The notes under the pieces are model-generated. The model was not told the DNA's origin and ran no database searches. It saw only the letters and a program-made list of their open reading frames with translations. The translations under genes were made by a program, and so were the position numbers. Shown here piece after piece: positions 45,994-55,843 of a stretch of 59,958 bases of DNA. Numbering within the stretch: the first letter of the stretch is position 1; each line of letters begins with the position of its first letter. The DNA comes from Chloroflexota bacterium (GTDB taxonomy: Bacteria; Chloroflexota; UBA11872), in assembly GCA_028874315.1 (NCBI GenBank), contig JAPPKM010000129.1:1-59958 (forward strand), in the 5' to 3' direction.

Positions 45994-46677
45994 ATGCTCT
46001 TCGACTTTCAGACCCATACGTTCTTGAGCGACGGCGTGCTGTCGCCGATGGAACTGTTGCGCCGCTGCCACGTCTCCGGCTACACGGCCATGGCCATCAC
46101 CGACCACGCCAGCCCGGCAAACGTGCAGCACGTGGTTGAGGCCGTGGCCCGCGATTGCCGCGAGGCGGAGAAAGCCTGGGGAATAGTCGCGTTGGCCGGC
46201 GTCGAGATTACCCACGTGCCACCCGCCGCCATCGACCGCGTAGCGCGCATGGCGGCGGAAGCCGGCGCAGAGTTCATTGCCGTTCACGGAGAGACCATTG
46301 TTGAGCCGGTGGCTGCCGGCACCAACCGCGCCGCACTGGAGTCGGAATACGTCCATGCGCTGGTCCATCCTGGCCTGCTCAGCCCTGAACTCAGCCATGT
46401 GGCGCGCGCGAACGGCAAGTTTGTCGAATTGACGGCCCGGCGCGGCCACTCGCTTACCAACGGCCACGTCGCCAACGTGTGTCGCGAAGCGGGAGCGAAG
46501 CTCATGGTCAATAGCGACGCGCATGAACCGGGAGACCTGCTCACCGAGGCGTTGGCCCGCCGCGTGGCGCGCGGCGCCGGCCTGGACGCCGACGAGACAG
46601 AGACGGTCCTCGTTGACAACCCGCTAGACCTGCTCGCTCAACTGGGGCGCTCCATCGTCCAGGGCCCAGGATCCTGA
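45994..46677 (+). CDS. PHP-domain protein (histidinol-phosphatase-like)
   Basis: DFQTHTFLSDG, AITDH, GVEITHVPP, VHGETIVEPV, LVHPGLL, GHSLTNGHV, NSDAH. Confidence 0.85.
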   Translation: MLFDFQTHTFLSDGVLSPMELLRRCHVSGYTAMAITDHASPANVQHVVEAVARDCREAEKAWGIVALAGVEITHVPPAAIDRVARMAAEAGAEFIAVHGETIVEPVAAGTNRAALESEYVHALVHPGLLSPELSHVARANGKFVELTARRGHSLTNGHVANVCREAGAKLMVNSDAHEPGDLLTEALARRVARGAGLDADETETVLVDNPLDLLAQLGRSIVQGPGS

Positions 46678-49091
46678 TGTCGGACACCACCGTGCTGCCG
46701 GAGGTCCCGCGCACGCCGGCCGAAGTCGGAGAGGACAGCGCAAACCGAAAGTCCTCCGATGCTGACAGCGGTCCAATTGAAGTTGACCTGCCCGTGCTCC
46801 CGCTGCGCGGCGAAACGCTGTTCCCAATCCCCGACACGGTGAACTCGTTTGTGGTCGGCCGCGAGCAGTCCTTGGCCGCAATCGAAGAGGCGTTGAGCCT
46901 GGATCGCCGTGTACTGGCACTGAGTCAACACGATCCCGATGCGGAGACCGTGACATTCAGCGACCTGCATGAAGTTGGCACGGAAGCCAAGATCGCGCGC
47001 GTGCTCAAGCTGCCGGACGGAAGCACCAGCGTGTTGGCCGAAGGCATTAGACGAGTGCGGGCGGTCACGCCGGTGTCCGAGCACCCGTTTGTGCGTGCGA
47101 TGGGATGGGTAGTCGAAGAATTAGACGAAGCGCCGGCCGAGGCGCGTGAGCTGATGCCGCTCACGCTGGAACTCTTCCAGCACGTCGTGGAACTGAACGA
47201 GGCAACGCCCGATGAGGCCTTCATCCGCGCAATGAACGCCGAGACGCCAGGTCTGCTGGCCGACATCGTGGCCGCCTCGCTCAACCTTGTTCCAGGCACG
47301 CAGCAGGAACTGCTGGAGATTCGGGAAGTTTCGGAGCGACTGCGGCTGGTCCATACAGTCCTCGAGGAAGAGATCCGGGTGCTGGAACTCGAACGTCAGC
47401 TCCGCGATGACGTGCGTGAAGAAGTGGACAAGGATCAGCGCGAATTCATTCTGCGCGAACAACTGCGGACAATCACGAAGGAACTCGGTGAGACCAACGC
47501 GCAGAACACGGAAATCAGCGAATTTCGGGAGAAGCTCGAAGCCGGGCGCTATCCCGAGGCCGTCATCGAGCGTGGACTCAAAGAAATCGACCGGCTCAAT
47601 GCCATGCCGCCCGGTTCGCCCGAGGCCAGCATGGTTCGCAACTACCTGGAGTGGCTGATCGAACTTCCCTGGAAGAAGCGTACGCGAGACAACACGGACA
47701 TCCGGCGTGCGGCACGGATTCTGGACACCCATCACCACGGTCTCGACCGTGTCAAGGAGCGGCTCCTTGAGTACATCGCCGTACGTCGGCTGGCACGGCA
47801 GTCGCGCAGCCCCATCCTGTGCTTTGTCGGTCCGCCCGGCGTGGGGAAGACCAGCCTCGGTCAGTCGATTGCCGAGGCCCTCTCCCGCAAGTTTGTGCGC
47901 GTTTCGTTGGGCGGCGTGCGCGACGAGGCCGAAATCCGCGGACACCGCATGACCTACATCGGCTCAATGCCCGGCCGCATTCTGCAAATGATGCGCCAGG
48001 CGGGAACCGTAAATCCCGTGTTCATGATCGACGAACTCGACAAGCTCGGAGTGGATTTCCGGGGCGACCCCTCGGCCGCGTTGCTTGAAGTGCTCGACCC
48101 CGAGCAGAACTCGGCCTTTAGCGATCACTACCTGGAGCTTCCCTACGATCTCAGCCGCGTCATCTTCATCGCCACAGCCAACTCGCTTGAGGGTCTGCCC
48201 CCCGCGCTGATTGATCGGATGGAGGTGGTCGAACTCCCCGGATACGTGGAAGACGAGAAGCTTGCCATCGCCCAGCGATTCCTGGTGCCGCGCGAGCTGG
48301 ACGAACACGGCCTCGACGCGGAAGCGGTGCAATTCAAGCGTGGCGCGCTCACAAGGATTATCCGCGAGTACACGCGTGAAGCTGGCGTGCGCGGGCTCAC
48401 CCGGTCCATCGCCGCTGTCGCGCGCAAGCGCGCGCTCGCGAGCGCCGAAGGCTCAGACTCCGGTTGGAATGTTCGCGCTCGCGACCTGCCGAAAGTCCTT
48501 GGACCACCCCGCTTTCGCTTCGGCTCAACGGAAAGTGAATCCAGCATCGGCGCCGCTATGGCGGTCTTTAGCACTCCGGCCGGAGGCGACTTGTCACCGG
48601 TGGAAGTCTCGCTGGCTCGCGGCACTGGCGAGATTCTGCTCACCGGGTTGCTTGGCAGCGTGATGAAGGAGTCCGCCCACGCCGCCCTTACGTACGCGCG
48701 GGCGTGTGCTGACGGATCGCCGTCTGACCGTCGCAACTTTGCCGAACTCGACGTCCATGTACATGTGCCGTCAGGGGCTTTGCCCAAGGATGGGCCGTCG
48801 GCCGGTCTTGCCGTTGTCGTGGCGCTGCAATCCGCGCTGACGGACACGAAAGTCCGCCACGACCTGACCCTGACCGGCGAGATCACGCTCCAGGGCCGCG
48901 TGCTGCCGGTTGGATCCATCAAGCCGAAAGTCTTGGGCGCGCACCGAGCGGGCGTTCGCGTATTTGTGTTGCCGCAGGGCAACCGTCAGGACCTTGCCGA
49001 ACTTCCGGCGCACGTCCGGGAGGACATGGAATTCATCGAAGTCGCCTGCGTTGGGGAAGCGCTGCAGAGCGCGCTCATCGACGAAAAATAG
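46677..49091 (+). CDS. lon: ATP-dependent Lon protease
   Basis: LPVLPLR N-domain, GPPGVGKTS, IDELDK, ALLEVLDPEQN, YTREAGVR, PKDGPSAG (catalytic Ser), TGEITLQGRVLPVG.IK.K. Confidence 0.96.
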   Translation: MSDTTVLPEVPRTPAEVGEDSANRKSSDADSGPIEVDLPVLPLRGETLFPIPDTVNSFVVGREQSLAAIEEALSLDRRVLALSQHDPDAETVTFSDLHEVGTEAKIARVLKLPDGSTSVLAEGIRRVRAVTPVSEHPFVRAMGWVVEELDEAPAEARELMPLTLELFQHVVELNEATPDEAFIRAMNAETPGLLADIVAASLNLVPGTQQELLEIREVSERLRLVHTVLEEEIRVLELERQLRDDVREEVDKDQREFILREQLRTITKELGETNAQNTEISEFREKLEAGRYPEAVIERGLKEIDRLNAMPPGSPEASMVRNYLEWLIELPWKKRTRDNTDIRRAARILDTHHHGLDRVKERLLEYIAVRRLARQSRSPILCFVGPPGVGKTSLGQSIAEALSRKFVRVSLGGVRDEAEIRGHRMTYIGSMPGRILQMMRQAGTVNPVFMIDELDKLGVDFRGDPSAALLEVLDPEQNSAFSDHYLELPYDLSRVIFIATANSLEGLPPALIDRMEVVELPGYVEDEKLAIAQRFLVPRELDEHGLDAEAVQFKRGALTRIIREYTREAGVRGLTRSIAAVARKRALASAEGSDSGWNVRARDLPKVLGPPRFRFGSTESESSIGAAMAVFSTPAGGDLSPVEVSLARGTGEILLTGLLGSVMKESAHAALTYARACADGSPSDRRNFAELDVHVHVPSGALPKDGPSAGLAVVVALQSALTDTKVRHDLTLTGEITLQGRVLPVGSIKPKVLGAHRAGVRVFVLPQGNRQDLAELPAHVREDMEFIEVACVGEALQSALIDEK

Positions 49092-49191
49092 CTCGCCTCT
49101 CGGCCGCCGACCGACCGCTCGCCTCGTCGATCTGTCGCTATGCTGACGGGCAGGCGGTGGTCGCCGCACCTCACCAACTCCGGAATCTTTG

Positions 49192-50247
49192 ATGTTCGGA
49201 CCGTTCAACGCGCTCCTCGGCCTGTTTTCGCGCGACCTCGGGATTGATCTAGGCACCGCGAACACACTCGTTTATGTCAAGGACCGCGGCATCATGCTCG
49301 CGGAACCATCCGTCGTCGCCACCGATACGTATACCTCGCGCGTGCTCGCCGTCGGCGCCGAGGCCAAGAAAATGGTCGGGCGCACACCCACCAACATCGT
49401 GGCCAGCCGCCCGCTGCGCGATGGCGTGATCGCTGACTTCGACACCGTCCACGCGATGCTGTCGTACTTTATTGGGCAGGTGCACGGCGAACTGCCAATT
49501 GCCGCCCGCCCTCGGGTCATAGTCGGCGTACCGTCAGGTGTCACCGAAGTCGAAAAACGCGCGGTGCACGAAGCGAGCCTGCAAGCCGGTGCGCGCGAGG
49601 TGTACCTGATCGAAGAGCCCATGGCCGCCGCCATCGGCGCCGGACAGCCGATTCAGGAAGCCAATGGCAGCATGATCGTGGACATCGGTGGCGGCACCAC
49701 CGAGGTGGCCGTCATCTCGCTTGGCGGCGTCGTCGTGAGCCATAGCATCCGGATTGCCGGTGACGAGATTGATGAGCAGATCGTTGACTATTGCCGCAAC
49801 TCGCATAATCTCCTGATCGGCGAGCGAACAGCCGAGGGCTGCAAAATCGCCATTGGCTCGGCAGCCCCTGGACCCCAAGAAGAAACGACGCTTGTTCGCG
49901 GACGCGATCTGCAGTCAGGGCTACCACGGCAAGTGGAACTTACCGAAGGCCAGATTCGCGAGGCCATCAGCGGTCCGGTCACCGAAATCGTTGAGAACAT
50001 CAAGCTAGCGCTGGAAGCCACACCCCCTGAATTGTTGGCCGACGTAATGGAACATGGCATCGCAGTGGCCGGCGGCGGCGCCCTGCTGCGCGGGCTCGAC
50101 AGGCGCATCGAGCAGGAAACGGATATTCCAGTGCACATCGCCAGCAACCCGCTGGAGGCAGTCGTCCGCGGAACCGGCGCCTGCCTGCATAACCTCGAAG
50201 CATTTCGCGAAGTGTTCGTCGCGGAGAACGCCGCGCCGTACGTGTAG
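49192..50247 (+). CDS. mreB: Rod shape-determining protein MreB
   Basis: GIDLGTANTLV, RPLRDGVIADF, EEPMAAAIGAG, VDIGGGTTEVAVISLGG, GGGALLRGLD. Confidence 0.97.
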   Translation: MFGPFNALLGLFSRDLGIDLGTANTLVYVKDRGIMLAEPSVVATDTYTSRVLAVGAEAKKMVGRTPTNIVASRPLRDGVIADFDTVHAMLSYFIGQVHGELPIAARPRVIVGVPSGVTEVEKRAVHEASLQAGAREVYLIEEPMAAAIGAGQPIQEANGSMIVDIGGGTTEVAVISLGGVVVSHSIRIAGDEIDEQIVDYCRNSHNLLIGERTAEGCKIAIGSAAPGPQEETTLVRGRDLQSGLPRQVELTEGQIREAISGPVTEIVENIKLALEATPPELLADVMEHGIAVAGGGALLRGLDRRIEQETDIPVHIASNPLEAVVRGTGACLHNLEAFREVFVAENAAPYV

Positions 50248-50258
50248 TCGGCACCGGG

Positions 50259-51083
50259 ATGCGCGGCGGACAGCGGTCGGTGCTCCTGCTCCTGGTTCTG
50301 GTTGCCGCGGCCGTCGTGCTCGCGGTGCTGCGAAACACTGAAGCCGGCTCGGCAATCGAAGGTGCGGCGCTGGCCGCTGCCGCCCCGATCCGCTCCGCTC
50401 TCACCAGCGCCTCGTCCGGGGCGGCGGCCGCCCTGACCGATGCCCAGCAATTCAACGATCTAAGGGCCGAAAACGAAGCTCTGCGCGCCGAAGTCGCCAA
50501 ACTGCGTTCCGCCGCCGCCGGCGTGCAAGCGACCCGCCGCGAGAACGCGGCCCTTCGCGCAGCACTGGACTACCAGCGCGAGAACACCGAGTTGACGTTC
50601 CTCACCGCGCAAGTCGTTGGACGCGACAGCGTTGATGTGCTGGACACACTCATCATCGATCGCGGCGCGGCGGATGGCGTTCACGTTGGCATGGCCGTAA
50701 TCGCCAATGGAAGCCTGGCCGGCCGGGTGGTCGGGGTCACAACGTCCTCGGCCGACGTATTGCCCATTCAAAGCGTGACCAGCGCCGTCAACGCAGTCGC
50801 CCAGGGAACCGACGGTGTGGCCGACGGCATCGTCGAGAGCGACGACAACGGCGGATTGATCTTGACGCGAATTGAACCTGACGCACCGCTGGCCATCGGC
50901 GCCTTGGTTGTGACATCTGGCCTCGGTGGCGGATTCCCCCGCGGTCTGTCCATAGGCCGCGTGATCTCCGTCTTTGCGTCACCCGAAAACGTATTCCGCG
51001 AAGCCGCCATCGAGCCCTTCGTTCGACAGGAACGCGTGGAAGTGGTCCAGGTCGTGCTTGGGCGTGCGCCCAGCCCGCCGTGA
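50259..51083 (+). CDS. mreC: Rod shape-determining protein MreC
   Basis: N-terminal TM, coiled coil (LRAENEALRAE), IIDRG..DGV..GMAV, VVTSGLGGGFPRGLSIGRV; directly after mreB. Confidence 0.92.
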   Translation: MRGGQRSVLLLLVLVAAAVVLAVLRNTEAGSAIEGAALAAAAPIRSALTSASSGAAAALTDAQQFNDLRAENEALRAEVAKLRSAAAGVQATRRENAALRAALDYQRENTELTFLTAQVVGRDSVDVLDTLIIDRGAADGVHVGMAVIANGSLAGRVVGVTTSSADVLPIQSVTSAVNAVAQGTDGVADGIVESDDNGGLILTRIEPDAPLAIGALVVTSGLGGGFPRGLSIGRVISVFASPENVFREAAIEPFVRQERVEVVQVVLGRAPSPP

Positions 51084-51661
51084 TCGCCGCCAGATTCCCC
51101 CGGCCCCGTCGCCGCTGGCAGCTGCGGACCGGTGCCGTCGGCGCCGCGCTACTGCTCCTGATGCTCGGCCTGCTACAGACCTCGGTCTTTCCCTCCTTCG
51201 CCATCGCGGGAATCCGCCCCGCGCTGGTCCTGATGGCAGCCGTCACACTGGCAACCGTCAGCGACGACTCCCGCGCGCTGTACTGGGGCTTCTTGGGTGG
51301 ATTGGTGGTAGATCTGCTTTCGGCAACGCCCACAGGCGTCAACGCCCTACTGTTTACGCTGCTCGTCTACATCGTTGGCGGGCAGGGTCGCCGCTTCGAT
51401 CGCGCCAACCTGGTGTTTCCGGTCTTGGCTGGAGCCGCCGCCACCGTGTTGTATTACCCGGCCGTGGTCCTGACGCTGCAGGTCCAGGGATTCGACATAG
51501 ACTGGGGGCAGCAGGTCTGGGATCGCCTGCCGCGCGCCGTGGCGGTAAACGCCGGAGCAACCACGCTGCTCTACCCGGTGGTACGACTGGCGGACCGATG
51601 GACGCGCCCCGAAAACACCGCCCGGTACGTGGGGCACACGCGCGGCGGTCGTTTCGACTAA
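51080..51661 (+). CDS. mreD: Rod shape-determining protein MreD
   Basis: Hydrophobic 193 aa; LLQTS, RPALVL, WGFLGGLVVDLLS; GTGA overlap with mreC. Confidence 0.88.
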   Translation: MIAARFPRPRRRWQLRTGAVGAALLLLMLGLLQTSVFPSFAIAGIRPALVLMAAVTLATVSDDSRALYWGFLGGLVVDLLSATPTGVNALLFTLLVYIVGGQGRRFDRANLVFPVLAGAAATVLYYPAVVLTLQVQGFDIDWGQQVWDRLPRAVAVNAGATTLLYPVVRLADRWTRPENTARYVGHTRGGRFD

Positions 51662-51676
51662 CGACGGAGGACTCGC

Positions 51677-53599
51677 TTGGAGGCGCATGACCGCCCGGTA
51701 GCCAGGACCGGCACCGGACAGCCGCGCATCAGCGGTACTCGTCGCGCGCTGCTGCTGGGGGGCGCGGCCCTAGCTGGCAACACCGCGCTGGCCGCCCGAC
51801 TCTGGCAGCTCCAGGTCGTCGAGTCCGACGCCTACCTGGAGCAAGCGGCGCAGAACCGTGCCCGCACCAGGCCCATTCAGCCGCTTCGCGGGCTGATCTA
51901 CGACCGCAACCGAGAGCCCCTTGTCGCGAACGCCCCCGTATTTAGCGTCTGGCTATCCCCGGCCGATCTGCCCCCGGAACGCGAAGGCCCGGTGCTGGCG
52001 AACCTGGCCGTGTTGACGGGCGAGCGCCCGGACGACCTGCGCTTCAAGTTGAGCCAGGCGCGCCTCGCTCCGGACACCCCCGCTCGGTTGGCCCGCGCCG
52101 TGCCCAGGGAGTCCGCCCTCACGATCGAAGAACGCCGGCGGGACCTGCCGGGTATCTCCGTGCGCACCAGCACGAGGCGCGAATACGCGTATGGCGACGT
52201 GCTGGGCCACATCATGGGCTTCACCGGCCCGATCCCCGCCGAGGAAGTTGAAGCCTATCGTCGCCAGGGCGTTCGGTTCGATGAAGATATCGGGCTCTCC
52301 GGCGTTGAACGCAGCTTGCAGGCGCAGCTTCGCGGCCGGGACGGCGAACAGCGACTCGAAACCGATGCGTTCGGTCGTGACCTGCACGAACTGGCCTTCA
52401 CCCCTCCGCAGGTCGGCCAGCACGCGGTTCTGACCGTTGCCGTCAACGAACAGCAGGCCATTCGCGAGATCCTGGCCCGTCACCTCGCGTTGCGCGATCG
52501 GGGCGCGGGCGCGGTGGTTGTGTTGCGCCCCGACACCGGCGATGTCGTCGCAATGGTGAGTTTGCCCGACTACGACAGCAACATCTTCACGCGCGGCGCC
52601 TCGTCCGAGAACTTCGCGTTGTTGGTCAGCGACCCCCGCCGGCCGTTGATCAACCACACAGTCTCCGGGCTCTATCCGCCGGGCTCCACCTACAAGGTCA
52701 TTGCCGCCAGCGGCGCGCTGGAAGCCGGCGTCGTGCTACCCCAGAGCAAGATCCACTGCGACGGTCGCCTGATTCTGCCCAGCGGCTGGGCGTTCGACGA
52801 TTGGCTGCCCGAAGGACACGGCCTCGTGGACCTGCAGCGCGCCATTGCCGAGTCCTGCAACATCTACTTCTACAACGTGTCCGGCGGCAATCCGTATACG
52901 CGGCTGCAGGGACTGGGCAATCGGCGCCTGGCGGAGTTCGAGCGCTCCTTCGGGTTTGGTGAGCGCACCGGCATCGATCTGCCTGGTGAAGCCTCCGGCC
53001 TGGTTCCAACTTCCGAGTGGAAAAACAAGAACCTGCAACAGCCGTGGGTCACCGGCGACACCTATCACGCAGCGATTGGCCAGGGGCTCGTCCAGGTCAC
53101 CCCACTGCAAATCGCCAGCATGTATGCCGCCATCGGCAACGGCGGTCGCGTCATGCGTCCGCGTCTCATCGATCGCATGCTCGACCAGCACGGCAATGTG
53201 GCTGAGCGCATCCCGCCGCGGGTTCGCAGCGTCTTGCCAATAACCGAGTCAAACCTGCGGTTGCTTCAAACCGGGCTCTATCGGGCGGTGAACGAGCCCC
53301 AGGGAACCGGTCCGCGCGCCCGCTCCTCGCATACGGTGGTGGCCGGCAAGACGGGGACGGCCGAGTACAGCGGCCAACGCGATTCCGAAGGCCGGCTGCC
53401 CAGCCACGCCTGGTTCGCCGGCTACGCGCCGGCGGAGCAGCCTGACTACGCGTTTGCCGTGCTGGTGCGCGACGGCGGCGAGGGGGCCTTCGCCGCCGCG
53501 CCGATCGCCCGCGACATCATCGACTACCTCATGACCGGTGACATGCCGCCCCTGCCGCAAGATCGCCCGGACTTCATCTCACCGGATCGCCGCCTCTGA
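51677..53599 (+). CDS. mrdA: Penicillin-binding protein 2
   Basis: RLWQLQV, RGLIYDRN, YPPGSTYK (SxxK), ESCN (SxN), GKTGTAE; between mreD and rodA. Confidence 0.94.
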   Translation: MEAHDRPVARTGTGQPRISGTRRALLLGGAALAGNTALAARLWQLQVVESDAYLEQAAQNRARTRPIQPLRGLIYDRNREPLVANAPVFSVWLSPADLPPEREGPVLANLAVLTGERPDDLRFKLSQARLAPDTPARLARAVPRESALTIEERRRDLPGISVRTSTRREYAYGDVLGHIMGFTGPIPAEEVEAYRRQGVRFDEDIGLSGVERSLQAQLRGRDGEQRLETDAFGRDLHELAFTPPQVGQHAVLTVAVNEQQAIREILARHLALRDRGAGAVVVLRPDTGDVVAMVSLPDYDSNIFTRGASSENFALLVSDPRRPLINHTVSGLYPPGSTYKVIAASGALEAGVVLPQSKIHCDGRLILPSGWAFDDWLPEGHGLVDLQRAIAESCNIYFYNVSGGNPYTRLQGLGNRRLAEFERSFGFGERTGIDLPGEASGLVPTSEWKNKNLQQPWVTGDTYHAAIGQGLVQVTPLQIASMYAAIGNGGRVMRPRLIDRMLDQHGNVAERIPPRVRSVLPITESNLRLLQTGLYRAVNEPQGTGPRARSSHTVVAGKTGTAEYSGQRDSEGRLPSHAWFAGYAPAEQPDYAFAVLVRDGGEGAFAAAPIARDIIDYLMTGDMPPLPQDRPDFISPDRRL

Positions 53600-54762
53600 T
53601 GATCATTCGCCTGGCGCGCATTGAGTGGCCAACCGTCATATCCACCGTCGCCCTGGTGGCCTTCGGTGTCCTCATGCTCAGCACAACGGCCGATCCCAAC
53701 ACCACCGGGTTGCAAAACCAGGCGGTGCAGAAGGCCGTGCTGGGCGTCGTCGGTCTGACGTTGGCCTTCGCCATGGCGCACATCGACTACCGCGCCCTGC
53801 ACGGGGTTGCCGGTCCGGTGTACCTGCTGGGCGTCGCGGCCCTCATTCTCGTGCTGCTGGTCGGCGACTTCGACCTTGGCGCCCGCCGCTGGTTCGAGAT
53901 CGGCCCAATCGTGGTTCAACCCTCAGAGTTCATGAAGCTCGCCGCCGTCATCGCCTTGGCCAAGTACCTGGCAGACCGAAGCGACGCACCCCGATCCTTG
54001 CGCACGGTCGTCGTTAGTCTGGGGATCATGGTCGTTCCCGCGGGCCTGATCTTCCTCGGGCCAGACCTCGGCACCGCCCTCATCTTCGGTGCGATCTGGA
54101 TGGCCATGGTCTTCGTGGCCGGTGCGCGCTGGTGGCACTTGCTCCTGCCCATCGTCGCTGCGCTGGCGGCCTTCCCATTCGCCTGGTTCTTTGCCCAGGA
54201 CTACATGCGCCAGCGCTTCGTGACCTTCCTCGATCCCAGCAGCGATCCGCTGGGCGCCGGCTACAACGTGCTCCAGGCGCGCATCTCCATCGGGTCCGGC
54301 GGCTGGCTCGGCCACGGCCTTGGTCAGGGTTCCCAGTCGCAGCTTGAATTTCTGCGCGTGCGCGACACCGACTTCATCTTCGCCATGCTCGGCGAACAGC
54401 TTGGACTGGCGGGCACGCTGGGACTCCTGGGCTTTTTTACGCTCCTGATCGTCCAGGCCCTGGTGATCGGCCTGCGCGCCCGAGATATGTTCGGTCGCCT
54501 GCTGGCCATCGGCATCGCGGCCATGCTCTTCACCCAGTCCTTCGTGAACATCGGAATGAACGTCGGTGTGATGCCGGTCACCGGCATCACCCTGCCGCTG
54601 GTGAGCCTCGGCAAGAACTCACTGCTGGTCACGCTGGTCGCCATCGGCGTTCTGCTCAGCATCCATTCGCATCGGGCGGCTGCGCCCTTCCGTCAACAGT
54701 CCATGCACGTGGTCCGAGGATCCCTGCCATCGACCCCGCCGCGCGGCCTGTCTGATCTATGA
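53599..54762 (+). CDS. rodA: SEDS family rod shape-determining protein RodA
   Basis: GARRWF, QPSEFMK, PDLGTA, GYNVLQARISIGSGG, TDFIF, PVTGITLPLVS. Confidence 0.93.
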   Translation: MIIRLARIEWPTVISTVALVAFGVLMLSTTADPNTTGLQNQAVQKAVLGVVGLTLAFAMAHIDYRALHGVAGPVYLLGVAALILVLLVGDFDLGARRWFEIGPIVVQPSEFMKLAAVIALAKYLADRSDAPRSLRTVVVSLGIMVVPAGLIFLGPDLGTALIFGAIWMAMVFVAGARWWHLLLPIVAALAAFPFAWFFAQDYMRQRFVTFLDPSSDPLGAGYNVLQARISIGSGGWLGHGLGQGSQSQLEFLRVRDTDFIFAMLGEQLGLAGTLGLLGFFTLLIVQALVIGLRARDMFGRLLAIGIAAMLFTQSFVNIGMNVGVMPVTGITLPLVSLGKNSLLVTLVAIGVLLSIHSHRAAAPFRQQSMHVVRGSLPSTPPRGLSDL

Positions 54763-55673
54763 ACGGCCGCGCTCGCGTATCCGTTCCGGCGTCCTCAGGC
54801 AACTTGGGTGCCGGCTTCGACGTGTTTGGGCTCGCAATAGATCTGCGCGACGAGTACGAATTTGAGCCGGACACTCGCGATGCAATCGAACCACTGGGGA
54901 AATACCTGAAACACGTCCCGCGAGACCCCAGGCGCAATCTGGCATTTCGGGCCTTCCGGTCGCTCGCGCCAGTCACGGCCGGTCCCTTCAAGTTGTCCGC
55001 GACCCGCGAAATCCCTCCCCAGGGCGGACTCGGCGGCTCCGCCAGCGCCATCGTGGGCGGCCTCGTCGCCGCCAATCACGCGTTCGGCCTTGGCCTCGAC
55101 AACGACGAGTTGCTGCACCGTGCGAACGAAATCGAGGGTCACCCCGACAACGTGGCTGCGGCCTTGCTTGGTGGCCTGGTGCTCACCGTCCAGACCGACG
55201 AATCCCTGCACGCGGTGCGCGTTCCGTTTCCGAGCGACATTGGAATCGTCGTTGTTGTGCCCGGCTACCACGTGCCGACCGCGCGCGCGCGCGCGGTGTT
55301 GCCGGTCGACGTTTCGCGATCCGATGCCGTGGCCAACCTGGGGCGCGCCGCCATGTTCGTCGCTGCGCTGCAGACGGGACGCTACGCGAAACTGCGCGTG
55401 GCCACGCAAGACTTTCTGCATCAGCCGTACCGGGCCGAACTGAACCCCGCACTCGTGCCAGGCGTGCGGGCGGCCCTTGACGCCGGCGCGTACGGCGCGG
55501 CGCTGAGCGGCTCCGGTCCGACACTCATCGCCCTGGCCCCAAAAAATCACACCATGCGCGTTGCAGGTGCCATGGCTGATGTCGCAATCGAGTCGTCGTC
55601 GGGCTGCGAGACCTACGTGGCCAATGCCGCCGAGACCGGCGCAACCGCGATCGAGCCGGCGGCCTCAACATAA
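54759..55673 (+). CDS. thrB: Homoserine kinase
   Basis: VPASSGNLGAGFDVFGLA, IPPQGGLGGSAS (GHMP), EGHPDNVA, LHQPYR, LSGSGPT. Confidence 0.93.
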   Translation: MNGRARVSVPASSGNLGAGFDVFGLAIDLRDEYEFEPDTRDAIEPLGKYLKHVPRDPRRNLAFRAFRSLAPVTAGPFKLSATREIPPQGGLGGSASAIVGGLVAANHAFGLGLDNDELLHRANEIEGHPDNVAAALLGGLVLTVQTDESLHAVRVPFPSDIGIVVVVPGYHVPTARARAVLPVDVSRSDAVANLGRAAMFVAALQTGRYAKLRVATQDFLHQPYRAELNPALVPGVRAALDAGAYGAALSGSGPTLIALAPKNHTMRVAGAMADVAIESSSGCETYVANAAETGATAIEPAAST

Positions 55674-55687
55674 GACGCTGCGCTTCG

Positions 55688-55790
55688 TATACTTAAGCCC
55701 GGCTAGGATGAGCCGCGGCCATCGAAGTCGCGGTAGCTGGGAGGCACCATCCGCGTGGACGGCGCGCACGCTTGCGCAGGCACCGTCTTG
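55688..55790 (+). promoter_or_regulatory. Putative -10 box and structured 5' leader of guaA-purD-purB (candidate cis-regulatory RNA)
   Basis: TATACT at 55688-55693, followed by nested stems CCCGGCTA/TAGCTGGG and CCGCGGC/GTCGCGG. A GGATG bulge is complementary to downstream CATCC. A further hairpin follows at 55758-55787. Confidence 0.4.
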
Positions 55791-55843
55791 TCCCCCTACC
55801 TCAGGTCCGACGCCCCTCCGAGCGGCCGGCTTCCGGCGCAACC

